The position numbers were made by a program, and so were the translations under genes. Shown here piece by piece: positions 1 through 11,655 of a DNA stretch of 64,000 nt; the stretch's first letter is position 1; every line of letters begins with the position of its first letter. Below the pieces are notes generated by a model. It did not search any database, was not told where the DNA came from, and worked only from the letters and a program-made list of their open reading frames with translations. Source of the DNA: Octopus vulgaris (taxonomy: Eukaryota); NCBI GenBank assembly GCA_951406725.2, contig OX597814.1, positions 17,608,001 through 17,672,000 of the forward strand. The letters run 5' to 3'.

Positions 1-117
1 CATTGGTCGGCCCGGGGCTATAGCAGAAGACACTTGCCCAAGATGCCACGCAGTGGACTGAACCCGGAACCATGTGGTTGGTAAGCAAGCTACTTACCAC
101 ACAGCCACTCCTGCGCC
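1..117 (-). mobile_element. SINE family A, 5' head (tRNA-like + CORE-like), cut by the window edge
   Basis: Reverse complement of GGCGCAGGAGTGGCTGTGTGG...GGGTTCAGTCC...TTGGGCAAGTGTCTT; many copies in the window. Confidence 0.9.
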
Positions 118-297
118 TATTGATGACAGAAATCTAAAAATGCACTTGTAAATTACTCTAAAATGTTTCAAACATTCAGTAAATGGCAAAAAAGGCTTAG
201 GAGTTTCAGGGGAATAGGTCTGGCTCGGTAGTATGTGTCCCAGTGTGCCAGAGGCTGGGCCCAGTCATCATCTTGCCACTATTGTCAAGCCATCTTA

Positions 298-2912
298 AAG
301 AAGAAGTAAAAATAAACATCGTCTGAATTTTGGATGCTGGAATGTGCGCACGCTTCTTTAATGATAATTTCAACAAAAGCCCGAGCTTTGAAACTATTCC
401 ATTGATGTAGTTACCCTCTCTGAAACTCATCTCTCTGGTGAAGGTCAAATAAATGAACCTACGTATGGATACACTATCTTCTGGAGCGGCCTATCTGAGA
501 ATCTGGCGTTGGGTTTGCTCTCAAGAATTCATTAGTATCCTCCATTGCAGAACCATGTCATGCCGTTTAAAACTGACTAGAGGTGGGTTTCTTACCTTTG
601 TCCCTAATTATGCACCAACAATGTCTCATTCTGATGAAACTGCAGGACAGTTTTACGACGATTTAGCAATTATTGTGGAAAGTACCGATTTCTGACAAGC
701 TGGTCATATTGGGAGATTTCAACGCAAAAGCTGGAAATGTCTACATTTCATGGCCTGTGTCAGGCCGACATGGAATTGGAAAATGTTAAAAAAAAAAAGA
801 ATGGAGTAACTCTTTTGACGTTTTGTACTGAGAATTATCTGGTTGTTACCAACACTCTGTTTAAGCAAAAAAATAAATATATAAAACCACCTGGATGCAC
901 CCAAGAGCATCTCATAGATTATATTTTGATTAGAAAGTGTAATATGAAAGATGTTTCTAGTGTTCAGGCCATGGAAGAAGCAGAGAGCTGGACTCACCAT
1001 CGTCAAGCGTCTGGGAAAATAAATTTTTCGATAATACCTAAAAGTTGACCCTCTGATCCCAAGGTACCCAAAAAGTTAAATGTTACAAACTTCAAATTAC
1101 CAAGGAGCTTGCAAAGATTCCACGATGCAATAGAAAGTATCAATCTTGACCCAAACAATCTATAGGAAAATTTCAAAACAAAAGTATTTCAGGCTGCAAC
1201 TTCGTCAGTGGGATTTAAATCACATAAGTCCAGTGACTGGTTCTGAGATAGATCAGCAGAAATTCATGATCTACTTTTATAAAAACAAAACTTAGGCAAT
1301 ACACTTATTTCTCAGTCCTTGAACCCCAACTCTAACGAAGCTTACAGAAAGATGAAAGGGAAAGTGCAGACTGTTCTAAGGAAAACTAAACAGGAATGGT
1401 GGAATGATAGAGCAAAAGGGGCACAAGCAGCTGATAGAAATGACGCCAAATATTTGTATTCTTATGTTAAGGAGGTATATGGCCCAAAATCTTAAATAGC
1501 TCCAGTGAAAACGGCAAATGGACATTTGCTTCTAACTGACACCGCTTCTCTTTCTAAGTGCTAGGTAGAAAATTTTTCTGCACTTTCGAGTAGACCATCA
1601 TCCGCCGACATGAGGATCGTAGAAAATAATCGAACACCTTTCAGTTATAGAGGAGATGGCGTTTAAACATTTAAAATGACATCTATTTAGCTGTGAATAA
1701 GCTGAATAACAATAAATCTCCAGGGTCTAATGGAATCTGTCCAGAGGTTTTGATGTGGGCGGGTGAGTTACAAATGAACTCTTAAATATATTCATTTGTC
1801 ACTGTTGGAGAACTGAGAAAGTGCCCCAAGACTGGATTGATGCCATCTCCTTGTATAAATCGGGGCCAAAGGATCTGTGTGGTTATTTTCATAGGATTTC
1901 GTTTTTTTCCTGTAGTTAGAAAAGTACTTGTCCGCATTCTGGTAGAACGTTCAAAAACTTTCATAGTTTCAAATATGGTGTCCGAGTCTCAATATCGTTT
2001 CCGCTCCCCTAGGGGCACAGTTGATTGAATCTTTACTATCAGACAATTTCAGGAAAAGTGCATTGAACAGAATTTTGCCCTACATGATTGATTTGTCGAT
2101 TTGAGCAAAGCGTTTGATACTATCAGTCGAAATGCTCTGTGGCTAATTCTAAGGAAAATAGGTTGCCCAGAAAAGTTTGTAAACATTATCAAGGATTTGC
2201 ATCAAGATATGAAAGCTAGAATTAATTTTGGCGGTAGGCTCTCTGAATCTTCTGCCGTGGAAAATGGAGTAAAGCAAGGAGACCCACTCTCTTTGCAATA
2301 TACTTTGCTGTTGTGCTGTCACACGCTTTTCAAAGCTCCGAGGAGGGCATTTACATAAAATATCGAACAACAGGAAATGTTTTTAATCTGACCAGACTGA
2401 AATTCAAAACAGAGGGCTTTACTTCACTCATTAGGGAACCCTTATTCACTGACCATTGCGATTTAGCCAGTCATTCTGTAACAGGCCTTCAGTCTCTTGG
2501 ATCTGCATTTGACTCAGCTTGTGATGATTTTGACTTGACCATCAACTTGATAGAAACAATATTTACATTCGATGGATATTTGTCGAATGTAAATAATGTA
2601 AATAATGTACGTAATTCCTCATCTCTTAAATATAGGACTTGATAGAAACAGTTGTAACGTATCAACCTGCACGTGGTGCTGTTTGCAACCCACCTAAAAT
2701 ATTTTAAGAGTACGTTACTTGAGGTTGTTGATTCTTTCATTTACTTTTGGAGCTCTGTACAAACTGATGGAAATCTAGACACAAAAATACATCTGCGAAT
2801 CCAAAGGGCTGCACGAGCAGTTGGTGGTTTGGAGTAACGCGCATGGCGCCAACGGCATATAAATAACAACATAAAATAAAGGCATTTTATCCGTCGTGCT
2901 AAGAGTTCTGCT
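298..2912 (+). mobile_element. Degenerate RTE-clade LINE (AP-endonuclease + reverse transcriptase), multiple stops/frameshifts, 3' end lost in a microsatellite
   Basis: Endonuclease motifs across frames: WNVRTL, YAPT, LGDFNAK, NGVTLL..C...LVVTNTLF, LIDYILIR. RT motifs: ESQYRFR..RGTVD, FVDLSKAFDTISR..LW..L.K.G.P, GVKQGDPLS, IREPLFTDHCDL (degraded LFADD), then INLIETVVTYQP and LEVVDSF. Confidence 0.92.
2559..2636. mobile_element. 78-bp foldback insertion in the RTE LINE with 14-bp target-site duplication
   Basis: ACTTGATAGAAACA at 2545-2558 and 2637-2650. Internal inverted repeat ATTTACATTCGA/TCGAATGTAAAT. Removing the insert and one TSD copy restores the RTE frame (LTINLIETVVTYQPA). Confidence 0.85.
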
Positions 2913-2930
2913 AGCTTGCTGCCCTAATAC

Positions 2931-3840
<910 letters not shown>

Positions 3841-4350
3841 GTTTTTGTGAATAGCTTCAGGTCGTCCATGGATAGCTTGTGGCTCAGTTTTCCGTTACCT
3901 CTTCACACATCATACATTAGAAGCAAATTGAAATATTTTCCGAAAATGACCTCACGAATTGTGCGACCCAACGTAGATGCCGAGGTTATTTTAGTTTCCG
4001 TAGTATTTCACTCATAGGGATCATTCCTAGCACAAAGATCAGTGGGGACATACTGTCCCCCCCTGGAAGATACCTCTCTTGATTTTCACTTCTCCTAATA
4101 CTTGATTCCTTGCACTCAATGTCGTTCCCCAGCATCTCATGCTATTCCATATAAGGCCTCTCATAATTTCTGCTACTTCATACATTTTCATTGCTTTCGT
4201 TATCCAAGAGTATAATATTATATTGTATACTTTACGATAGTCAACCCATGCCATGATCAGGTTTGTGTGTCTTCTCTTGCAGTTCTTGATAATTAGATTA
4301 TCAATTAAGATCTGATCCTTCGTTCCCCGACTCCTCTTTCAGCACCCTTT
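3841..4350 (-). mobile_element. R4/Dong-like reverse-transcriptase fragment
   Basis: [15 protein letters not shown]...AWVDYRKVY....YSWI...IKRGIFQG; [18 protein letters not shown]; SMDDLKLFTK (YMDD motif) next to 3841. Confidence 0.85.
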
Positions 4351-4354
4351 TTTT

Positions 4355-5133
4355 AGACCAATCACGTGCCTTCCGCTAATGTGGAAACTTATGTCAGATA
4401 CTTTGGTCGGTGAACTATATAGATACCTGAGAAACACTATGCTGTTACCTACTGAACATAACAGGCCGGATATTGTTATTTGGGACAGAGGGGCAAAGGT
4501 ATATACCTATTTCTTTATTACCCACAAGGGGCTAAACATAGAGGGGACAAACAAGGACAGACATAGGTATTAAGTCGATTACATCGACCCCAGTGCGTAA
4601 CTAGTACTTAATTTATCGACCCCGAAAGGATGAAAGGCAAAGTCGACCTCGGCGGAATTTGAACTCACAACGTAACGGCAGACGAAATACGGCTACGCAT
4701 TTCGCCCGGCGTGCTAACGTTTCTGCCAGCTCTCCGGCAAAGGTATATACCGTCATAGAGGTCAGCTGCCTTTGCAATTACAAATACCTCCTTGAAAATC
4801 TAAGAAAAAGAGGATATCTATGGACAACTGCTTCGAAACCTCCAACTTCTATATCCAGCCTATGAATTCATATTCATACCAATAATAATAGGAGCACTAG
4901 GTTTTGTTAGTAAATGTTTAAAGGAGAATCTGGATAAACTGGGATTTTCAGAAAGAGAAATCGACCAGCTAATTTGAACATGACAAGTGCAATTTGTGAG
5001 TGGAACAGTAAAAATATGCAATACTTTTCTCAAATTCCGAATGTGAATTTGTCTGTGTTAACTACATCCCAAAGATGGAGGCTTGTATCTTTGTTGGAAA
5101 CCGGATCCCTCCTCAGTGGAAGATTTATAATAA
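4355..5133 (+). mobile_element. R4/Dong-like restriction-like endonuclease domain and 3' end, interrupted by a SINE
   Basis: HNRPDIVIWD...[SINE]...VIEVSC...KKEDIYGQL....LYPAYEFIFIPIIIGALG...GTVKIC, matching the PD..E..K RLE pattern; short 3' UTR ending ATAATAAT. Confidence 0.78.
4508..4735 (-). mobile_element. tRNA-derived SINE family B with 16-bp TSD
   Basis: Box A TGGCAGAAACGTTAGC, box B GAGTTCAAATTCC, central GTCGACTTTGCCTTTCATCCTTTCGGGGTCGATAAATTAAGTAC (resembles the MetaSINE core, from memory). TSD GGCAAAGGTATATACC at 4492-4507 and 4736-4751. Confidence 0.92.
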
Positions 5134-5349
5134 TTAAAAAACAGAAACGACAAACATACACACACACACATACGTACATACATACATACATTTACAAATG
5201 CAAGCTCTATCCTATTCGTAGAAGGTTCATGCTTCTCTGGTTTTAACAAGTTTATATAACTCCCTAAAGAGTAAATTGCATTGTTTTTTTCCACCTTTGT
5301 CTGATGAAATGAAAGTGAATCATATATATGTTGCAATATTACCCATTCA

Positions 5350-5510
5350 TTTATATCGACGTGATAAAAGAAGATCTCCACAGGCCCGACTTCCTCTCGG
5401 TGGACGCAGTGGCGCTGGCACGGGACTGCCAATAATGGGGAACATTGATGGACTTGCCCGGCTCTACGCACGATGACAATTCTGGGATAGCAACCTGGGA
5501 GGACTCCAGC
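5350..5510 (+). mobile_element. Possible RTE-like LINE 3'-terminal remnant
   Basis: One frame reads YIDVIKEDLHRPDFLSVDAVALARDCQ*WGTLM, resembling RTE C-termini (D.IK.DL...A..LA.DR..W). Confidence 0.4.
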
Positions 5511-5651
5511 CCCATCATGCAATAACGAAGTAAGCATGCAGCAAGTATTTTATATTCATGATGTATCCTGTACCACGTATTGTTGAAACGATCGTAATAA
5601 AGGAATGGAGGTAATGACGTAACCTCCGTTTATGAGCATGCTATATATACA

Positions 5652-5968
5652 CCCAGACCGGGCGTTGTGAGTGTTTATTGAGCGAAAACACCTAAAGCTC
5701 CACGAGGCTCCGGCAGCGGATGGTGGTGATCCCTGCTGTACTCTTTCACCACAACTTGCTCTCACTCTTACTTCCTGTTTCTGTTGTACCTGTATTTCAA
5801 AGAGCCGGCCTTGTCACTCTCTGTGTCACGCTGAATATCCCCGAGAACTACGTCATGGGTGCACGTGTCTGTGGAGTACTCAGCCACTTACACGTTAATT
5901 TCACGAGCAGGCTGTTCCGTTGATTCGGATCAACCGGAACCCTCGTCGTCGTAACCGACGGAGTGCTT
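5652..5968 (+). mobile_element. SINE family C (5'-truncated), tail type 1
   Basis: CCCAGACCGGGCGTTGTGAGTGTTTATTGAGCGAAAACACC body shared with 8755-9020, 51951-52156 and 62874-63177; tail shared with 9400-9650. Confidence 0.85.
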
Positions 5969-5987
5969 CCAAAAAATATATACATAC

Positions 5988-6031
<44 letters not shown>

Positions 6032-6642
6032 ATCGGATTATATGGGAATGCAGGTTCTGTAACTTGTAGCAGTGATCCAAATAGAAGTGTTGTACAGATA
6101 TTTACAAAAACAAAAGAGAAAAAAATTCAAAGACATTTCATAAAAGGAGTCTAAACGCTAGATGTTTTTACACTGAGATAATCACTTTATGATTTTAAAA
6201 ATGTTTTTGTTACTGGAAAAAAAAATGGCAAGATAAAAAAAACAAAGAAAGGAAAGAAAACTTAAGCAGGAGAGAAATTATGAAGAAACGGAAGAAAAAT
6301 AGATAATGGGGAAGAGCAGCAGTTGAATGCGGGCAAAGGTATAAAAAAGAAAACATCAATCAACACAAACGTAACCATGCAGACATATGTACATAAAGAT
6401 ATACATAGATGCATGCATGCAAACATACGTACACATCATCATCATCATAATCACCAACAACAACAACAACTACAAGAATAACATTTTCATCATTTGTGAG
6501 GTGTATTGCAAAAAAAGGGTCCATTGTAACTTCAATTTTCGATGAAATTTACAGCATTAACTCGAGTATAAGTTGCAGTATTTTATACTTCATTTGAAAT
6601 GAGAAAAACTAGGGTGTGGCAAATCTACGGGGGCAAAGCTAA

Positions 6643-7186
6643 TCTATGATATAAAATCCGTTCTGTCTATGTGTGTGTGTGTGTCTTCTAGGATCTCGGG
6701 CATCCTCCATCCGATTGCGCTCAAATTTGATATGTAGATACCGACGGTATCAGGGCGTGTATAAGTCTTGAAAAAATTACAAAAATCGATTCCAGGTGAG
6801 AATGTGATTGATAAAGCCGTTTTTGTCCTGCTTTTCTTCCGTCAACCTGTACATCACTGCACCTTCCATTTTTTGTTGTTTTTGTACTGCTTAAAGGCAC
6901 GTTTCTTTCCTGCCAAGCTTACTATTTAAAGCATGTTTGTGTTCTCCCAGTCAACAGCCTTATCATTACTGGTACTTTAAACTCTTCGTTTGCATATTTG
7001 TGTGAATAAAATCGTTTCTCTTTGGAATAGAAAAAAAGCCTGTCTTTATTTCTTCTCAAATTTAGGTTAAATCAGTGTTTCTCAAAGGGGAGGCCTATGG
7101 GACGGTCGGACAAGTTGTTTTGAGAAAATCTGGTTTAGATGTTTTACAACTCAGCACCGTCCATTGGACGGGGGGCGTTTTGCTCG
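6643..7186 (+). mobile_element. Putative non-autonomous Helitron
   Basis: A|TC start, subterminal hairpin CCGTCC-ATT-GGACGG (7157-7171), terminal CTCG|T (one change from CTAG). Confidence 0.5.
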
Positions 7187-7232
7187 TTCTATATATTAAA
7201 ACGTTAAATTAGGGATGCGACTTATACACAAG

Positions 7233-7630
7233 GTCCAGAAACCTGGACGTTATCAAAGAAGCTTGAGAGGCGGTTGGATGGAACCTACACTCGCCTCCTT
7301 ATGAGAGCTCAAAATCTCTAGTGGAAGCGCTATCCAACCAAAATGGAAATATATGGGAAACTACCACCTGTGTCATCTCTTGTGAAAGGTAGGAGAGTCC
7401 AGTTTGCTGGACATTGTTGTAGAGCTGAAAAAGAGGTAATTTCTACTCTCCTCCTCTGGAAGCCATCTACTCGCAATGCCAGAGGGCGCACACTCTCCTA
7501 CCCTGATGTAATCTCCAGGGATACAGGCATCCAGCAACAGGACCTCCGTAATGCCATGATGGACCGTGAAGTCTGGCGTAGCATGGTAAATTCCATTGTC
7601 TCGACCACGGTCGAACAATGATGATGATGA
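7233..7630 (+). mobile_element. 5'-truncated RTE-clade LINE 3' end with (TGA)n tail and 10-bp TSD
   Basis: ETWTLSKKLERRLDGTYTRLLMRAQ...RRVQFAGHCCR...LLWKP...RGR...AMMDREVWR; tail TGATGATGATGA; TSD TATACACAAG at 7223-7232 and 7631-7640. Confidence 0.88.
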
Positions 7631-7843
7631 TATACACAAGAGTGATTTATACACAAGTAAATACGATATGCAATTAAGTTACATCCCCTTACAGCTATGA
7701 CAATATTTTGTTTCTTAAGAGAATGATGACATAAATAACATACAAAATACAGGGATCTATGTATTCAACTCTAAACAAAATAATAAAAAAATCTCTCATG
7801 TGATAGTTCCCAGATTCTCTGTATTTAAAACACGCGACATACC

Positions 7844-8076
7844 TATTTCTTTATTACCCACAAGGGGCTAAACACAGAGGGGACAAACAAGGACAGACAT
7901 AGGTATTAAGTCGATTACATCGACCGCAGTGCGTAACTGGTACTTAATTTATCGACCCCGAAAGGATGAAAGGCAAAGTCGACCTCGGCGGAATTTGAAC
8001 TCAGAACGTAGCGGCAGACGAAATACGGCTAAGCATTTCGCCCGGCGTGCTAACGTTTCTGCCAGCTCGCCGCCTT
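7844..8076 (-). mobile_element. SINE family B, full length, with 13-bp TSD
   Basis: Near-identical to 4508-4735; TSD CACGCGACATACC at 7831-7843 and 8083-8095. Confidence 0.92.
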
Positions 8077-8434
8077 AGATACCACGCGACATACCACGAG
8101 TCTGGATTCGAAACTGGGTCTATGTTTCTAAACTAACTTAATAAAGCTTGTATCCATTTGGTCTCTAATACTTGTACGGTAACTTTGTTGTTTTAATGAT
8201 TTTTTTTTTGTTTTTGGTTTTGATTTTGTTCTTCTTTACCATAACAGAACACTTTTAAACTGTCATGTCACATCAAGACAGAACAGACATTCTCTCTCTC
8301 TCTCTCTCTCTCCCTCTCTCCCCCTCTCACATAATGTTCAACACAGATACTAAGAAAGACATATACATATACATATCGAGTCTAACACAAATACACATAT
8401 ATGTGCGTGTATGTATGCATGTATATGTGTGTGT

Positions 8435-8752
8435 TGCTGAGACCCTCTTCGGTCACGACACTGACCATGGGATTGCACCTAGAAAGTTACCCTCCCAGGC
8501 ACAAGTCCGGGCAAGGTTGTTTACGTAAGACCAGCAGTCGCCCATGCATACCGGCCTCCCCTCTCCACGCAAAGGACGATACAGCTTGGCACCTGTGACG
8601 TCGTAATTATTTTCTACGGCCGAGTAAACTGAAGCAACGTGAAATAAAGTGTCTTGCTCAAGAACACAACACACAACCCGGTCCGGGATTCGAACTCACA
8701 ATCTTACGATCGTAAGCTCGATGCTCTATCCACTGAGCCATGCGCCTTCACT
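8435..8752 (-). mobile_element. SINE family D (tRNA head + CORE-like domain)
   Basis: Minus strand: box A TGGCTCAGTGG, box B GAGTTCGAATCCC, then GTGTTCTTGAGCAAGACACTTT (CORE-like). Confidence 0.75.
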
Positions 8753-8754
8753 TC

Positions 8755-9020
8755 ATAGGGCCGGTTTCCCGGTTTCCTTGGCGTATAGGTTCCCCACCTG
8801 GACGGGACGCCGGTCCGTCGCAGGTGAACTGCAAGATGCAGCAGGGGAGAGTGAGAGAAAGTTGTGACGAAAGAGTCAGCAGAAGTTCGCCATTACATTC
8901 TGCCATTACCAGCTTTGGTGTTTTCGCTCATAAACACACACATCGCCCGGTCTGAGATTCGAACCCTAGATCCCTCGACCATGAGTCCGCTGCTCTAACC
9001 ACTAGGCCATGTGCCTCCAT
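8755..9020 (-). mobile_element. SINE family C, tail type 2
   Basis: Box A TGGCCTAGTGG, box B GGTTCGAATCTC, family-C body, then a distinct tail containing CCTGCGACGGACCGGCGTCCCGTCCAGG. Confidence 0.8.
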
Positions 9021-9112
9021 GTGTGTGTATGTATAAATATATATGTGCATATATAGATGTATATATATGTGTGTGTGTATATATATAAGTATATATATAT
9101 GCATACATACAT

Positions 9113-9146
<34 letters not shown>

Positions 9147-9172
9147 ATATATACATACATATATATATACAT

Positions 9173-9225
<53 letters not shown>

Positions 9226-9240
9226 TATACATATATACGA

Positions 9241-9359
9241 GCTTTGGTCGGCCCGAGTCTATAGTAGAAGACAATCGCCCAAGGTGCCACGCAGTGGGAC
9301 TGAACCCATAATCATGTGGTTGGTAAGCAAGCTGCTTACCACACACCCACTCCGGCACC
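9241..9359 (-). mobile_element. SINE family A head fragment
   Basis: Matches the family A head. Confidence 0.85.
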
Positions 9360-9399
9360 ACAGATACACACGCACGCATATAAAATATATATATATATC

Positions 9400-9650
9400 G
9401 TGGCACTCCGTCGGTCACGATGACGAGGGTTCCAGATGATCCGATCAACGGAAGAACCTGCTCGTGAAATTAACATGCAAGTGGCTGGGCACTCCATAGA
9501 CACGTGTACTCTTAACGTAGTTCTCGGGGAGATTCAGCGTGACACGGGGTCTGACAAGGCTGACCCTTTGAAATACTGGTACAACAGAAACAGGAAGAAA
9601 GAGTGAGAGAAAGTTGTGGTGAAGGAATACAGCAGGTTTCTCACCACCAC
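9400..9650 (-). mobile_element. SINE family C 3' portion, tail type 1
   Basis: Reverse-complement homolog of ~5720-5968. Confidence 0.85.
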
Positions 9651-9742
9651 TCGTGGAAGAAAATACTTGTAATAACAAGGGGAAACTCGTAGTTTTCGCT
9701 GGTATGCGTTTAACAAAGAAGGAGGAAACAGAGATGAGAGTA

Positions 9743-9793
9743 ACATATACGATCGTTTCGATTTACTGGTTTAAGTAAATCTCTTCAGAATGC
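9743..9793 (-). ncRNA. Minimal type-I hammerhead ribozyme (Penelope-like-element type)
   Basis: Minus strand reads GCAUU-CUGAAGA-GAUUUACU(UAAACC)AGUAAAUC-GAAA-CGAUCG-UA-UAUGU. Canonical core, perfect 8-bp stem II, palindromic stem III (ACGAUCGU), GUA cleavage triplet, short stem I with one U-U mismatch next to the core. Confidence 0.75.
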
Positions 9794-10050
9794 GAATATA
9801 GATAGATGCATCGGTTAGGATGTGAAAATAATTGATACATATGCGATGGTAATATAAACAAAGGTAGTAAGTCTTACATCAAATTTTATTCTTGCGCTGG
9901 TAAATTCTTATACTACGGTATACCAACCGAACCACCTGCTACTGTACACTCTTACAAAAGACTGTACCTACACAGGTAATAACCAGGAGTGGCTTTGTAG
10001 TTAATTATCTCTTAGAGGTATCAAACACGTCTAACTGATACCTACACAAC

Positions 10051-10107
<57 letters not shown>

Positions 10108-10274
10108 GTGTAGGTATGTATATATATAGGTCTGGCTGTAAAACATGGTAAATATTTTATCTTTCATTCCCTTCGAAATTGCTTTTAACTGTAGTTTTGG
10201 AGTTTTGAGTGTTCCTTCAAGCATGTAAGGCGGCCTGTTAAGGGTATTCTGATTTTGTGTTTAAAATTACACTG

Positions 10275-10329
<55 letters not shown>

Positions 10330-10538
10330 TTGGCCATACCGCAGTTCAACTATTACGCTCTCAGTGCATCGTGGGTTTCTGCGACAGACAGGTATTTATA
10401 TTTTTCTAGATTTTTAAAATATTTCTATAGGGGGTTTTGGAACGTAACACCTGTGGTAATTGCAGGATTACTGGAAATATGTATATATACAAGTTGTATT
10501 TTTTTTTTATTCTCTCTCTATTTATTTTCTCAATTTAC

Positions 10539-10574
10539 CTTTCTGTTGAAGAAGGTAGGCTCGAAACGTAAAAG
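10539..10574 (+). ncRNA. Degenerate hammerhead-like motif in a Penelope-like terminal remnant
   Basis: CUUU-CUGUUGA-A-GAAGGUAGGCUC-GAAA-CG-UA-AAAG. Stem I (CUUU/AAAG) and GAAACGUA are intact, but core A6 is U and stem II is mismatched. Confidence 0.4.
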
Positions 10575-10660
10575 ACGTTCTCACTTCCCCGAGCGTCAAA
10601 CTAATTCACCTACTTGATATTCATACACCTGCCTACGTTTTTTGCCTTTCTGTAAATTTC

Positions 10661-10694
<34 letters not shown>

Positions 10695-10695
<1 letters not shown>

Positions 10696-10831
10696 ACGGG
10701 CTTCTTTCAGCTTCCGTCTACCAAATCCACTCACAAGTAGAAGACACTTGCCTAAGGTTCCACGAGTGGGACGGAACCTGGTACCATGTGATTGTAAAGC
10801 AAGCTTCTTACCACACAGTCACTCCGGCGCC
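10695..10831 (-). mobile_element. SINE family A head with internal deletion
   Basis: Matches the family A head and left body. Confidence 0.8.
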
Positions 10832-11275
10832 TACTCACAGCTACTGCTGTGTGTAGGTACATGTGTGTATATGTGTGTGCGTCTCTATGCGAAAATATGT
10901 CTCTACGCTTATGTATCTTCCGATGTATGTGTGTGTACGTGTACGAACGATGGTGTATATATGTGTGTGCGTATCTTTGTGTACGTGTTTCTCTTTGTAT
11001 GTATGTCTGCTCATGTGCGCATATATATCTGTATGTGTGCGCGTGTCCGTGTCACCGCGGAGTAAATGTCGTTTAACATCAAGTCGGGCATGACTTCACA
11101 GACCTATGATCAAAGGCGTTCCAGTCGAGACCATCGCGTTTCATAAATTAGTTCAGATATAATTTGTATAAAAACTACATAATCAAACGTGTCCTTCCGT
11201 TTAAGCGATTTTAGGGTTTTGCAATTAGAGAGGAATTTTATTATTTCTAACAGGTTGATGGACCATATACAGACT

Positions 11276-11616
<341 letters not shown>

Positions 11617-11655
11617 TTGCACGTGTTACCGTATTTCGAATATATTTGTAAATAT

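Noticed and set aside
5058-5537. 159-aa minus-strand ORF
   Set aside because: No recognisable domain; spans a microsatellite and is antisense to LINE remnants.
8088-8126. Hammerhead-like motif ACAUA...GAGUC/GAUUC-GAAAC-UGG-GUC-UAUGU
   Set aside because: Stems and a GUC triplet are present but the CUGANGA core is missing; at best a dead remnant.
8680-9020. tRNA genes
   Set aside because: A/B boxes are present, but they run into SINE bodies and I could not fold a complete cloverleaf; treated as SINE heads.
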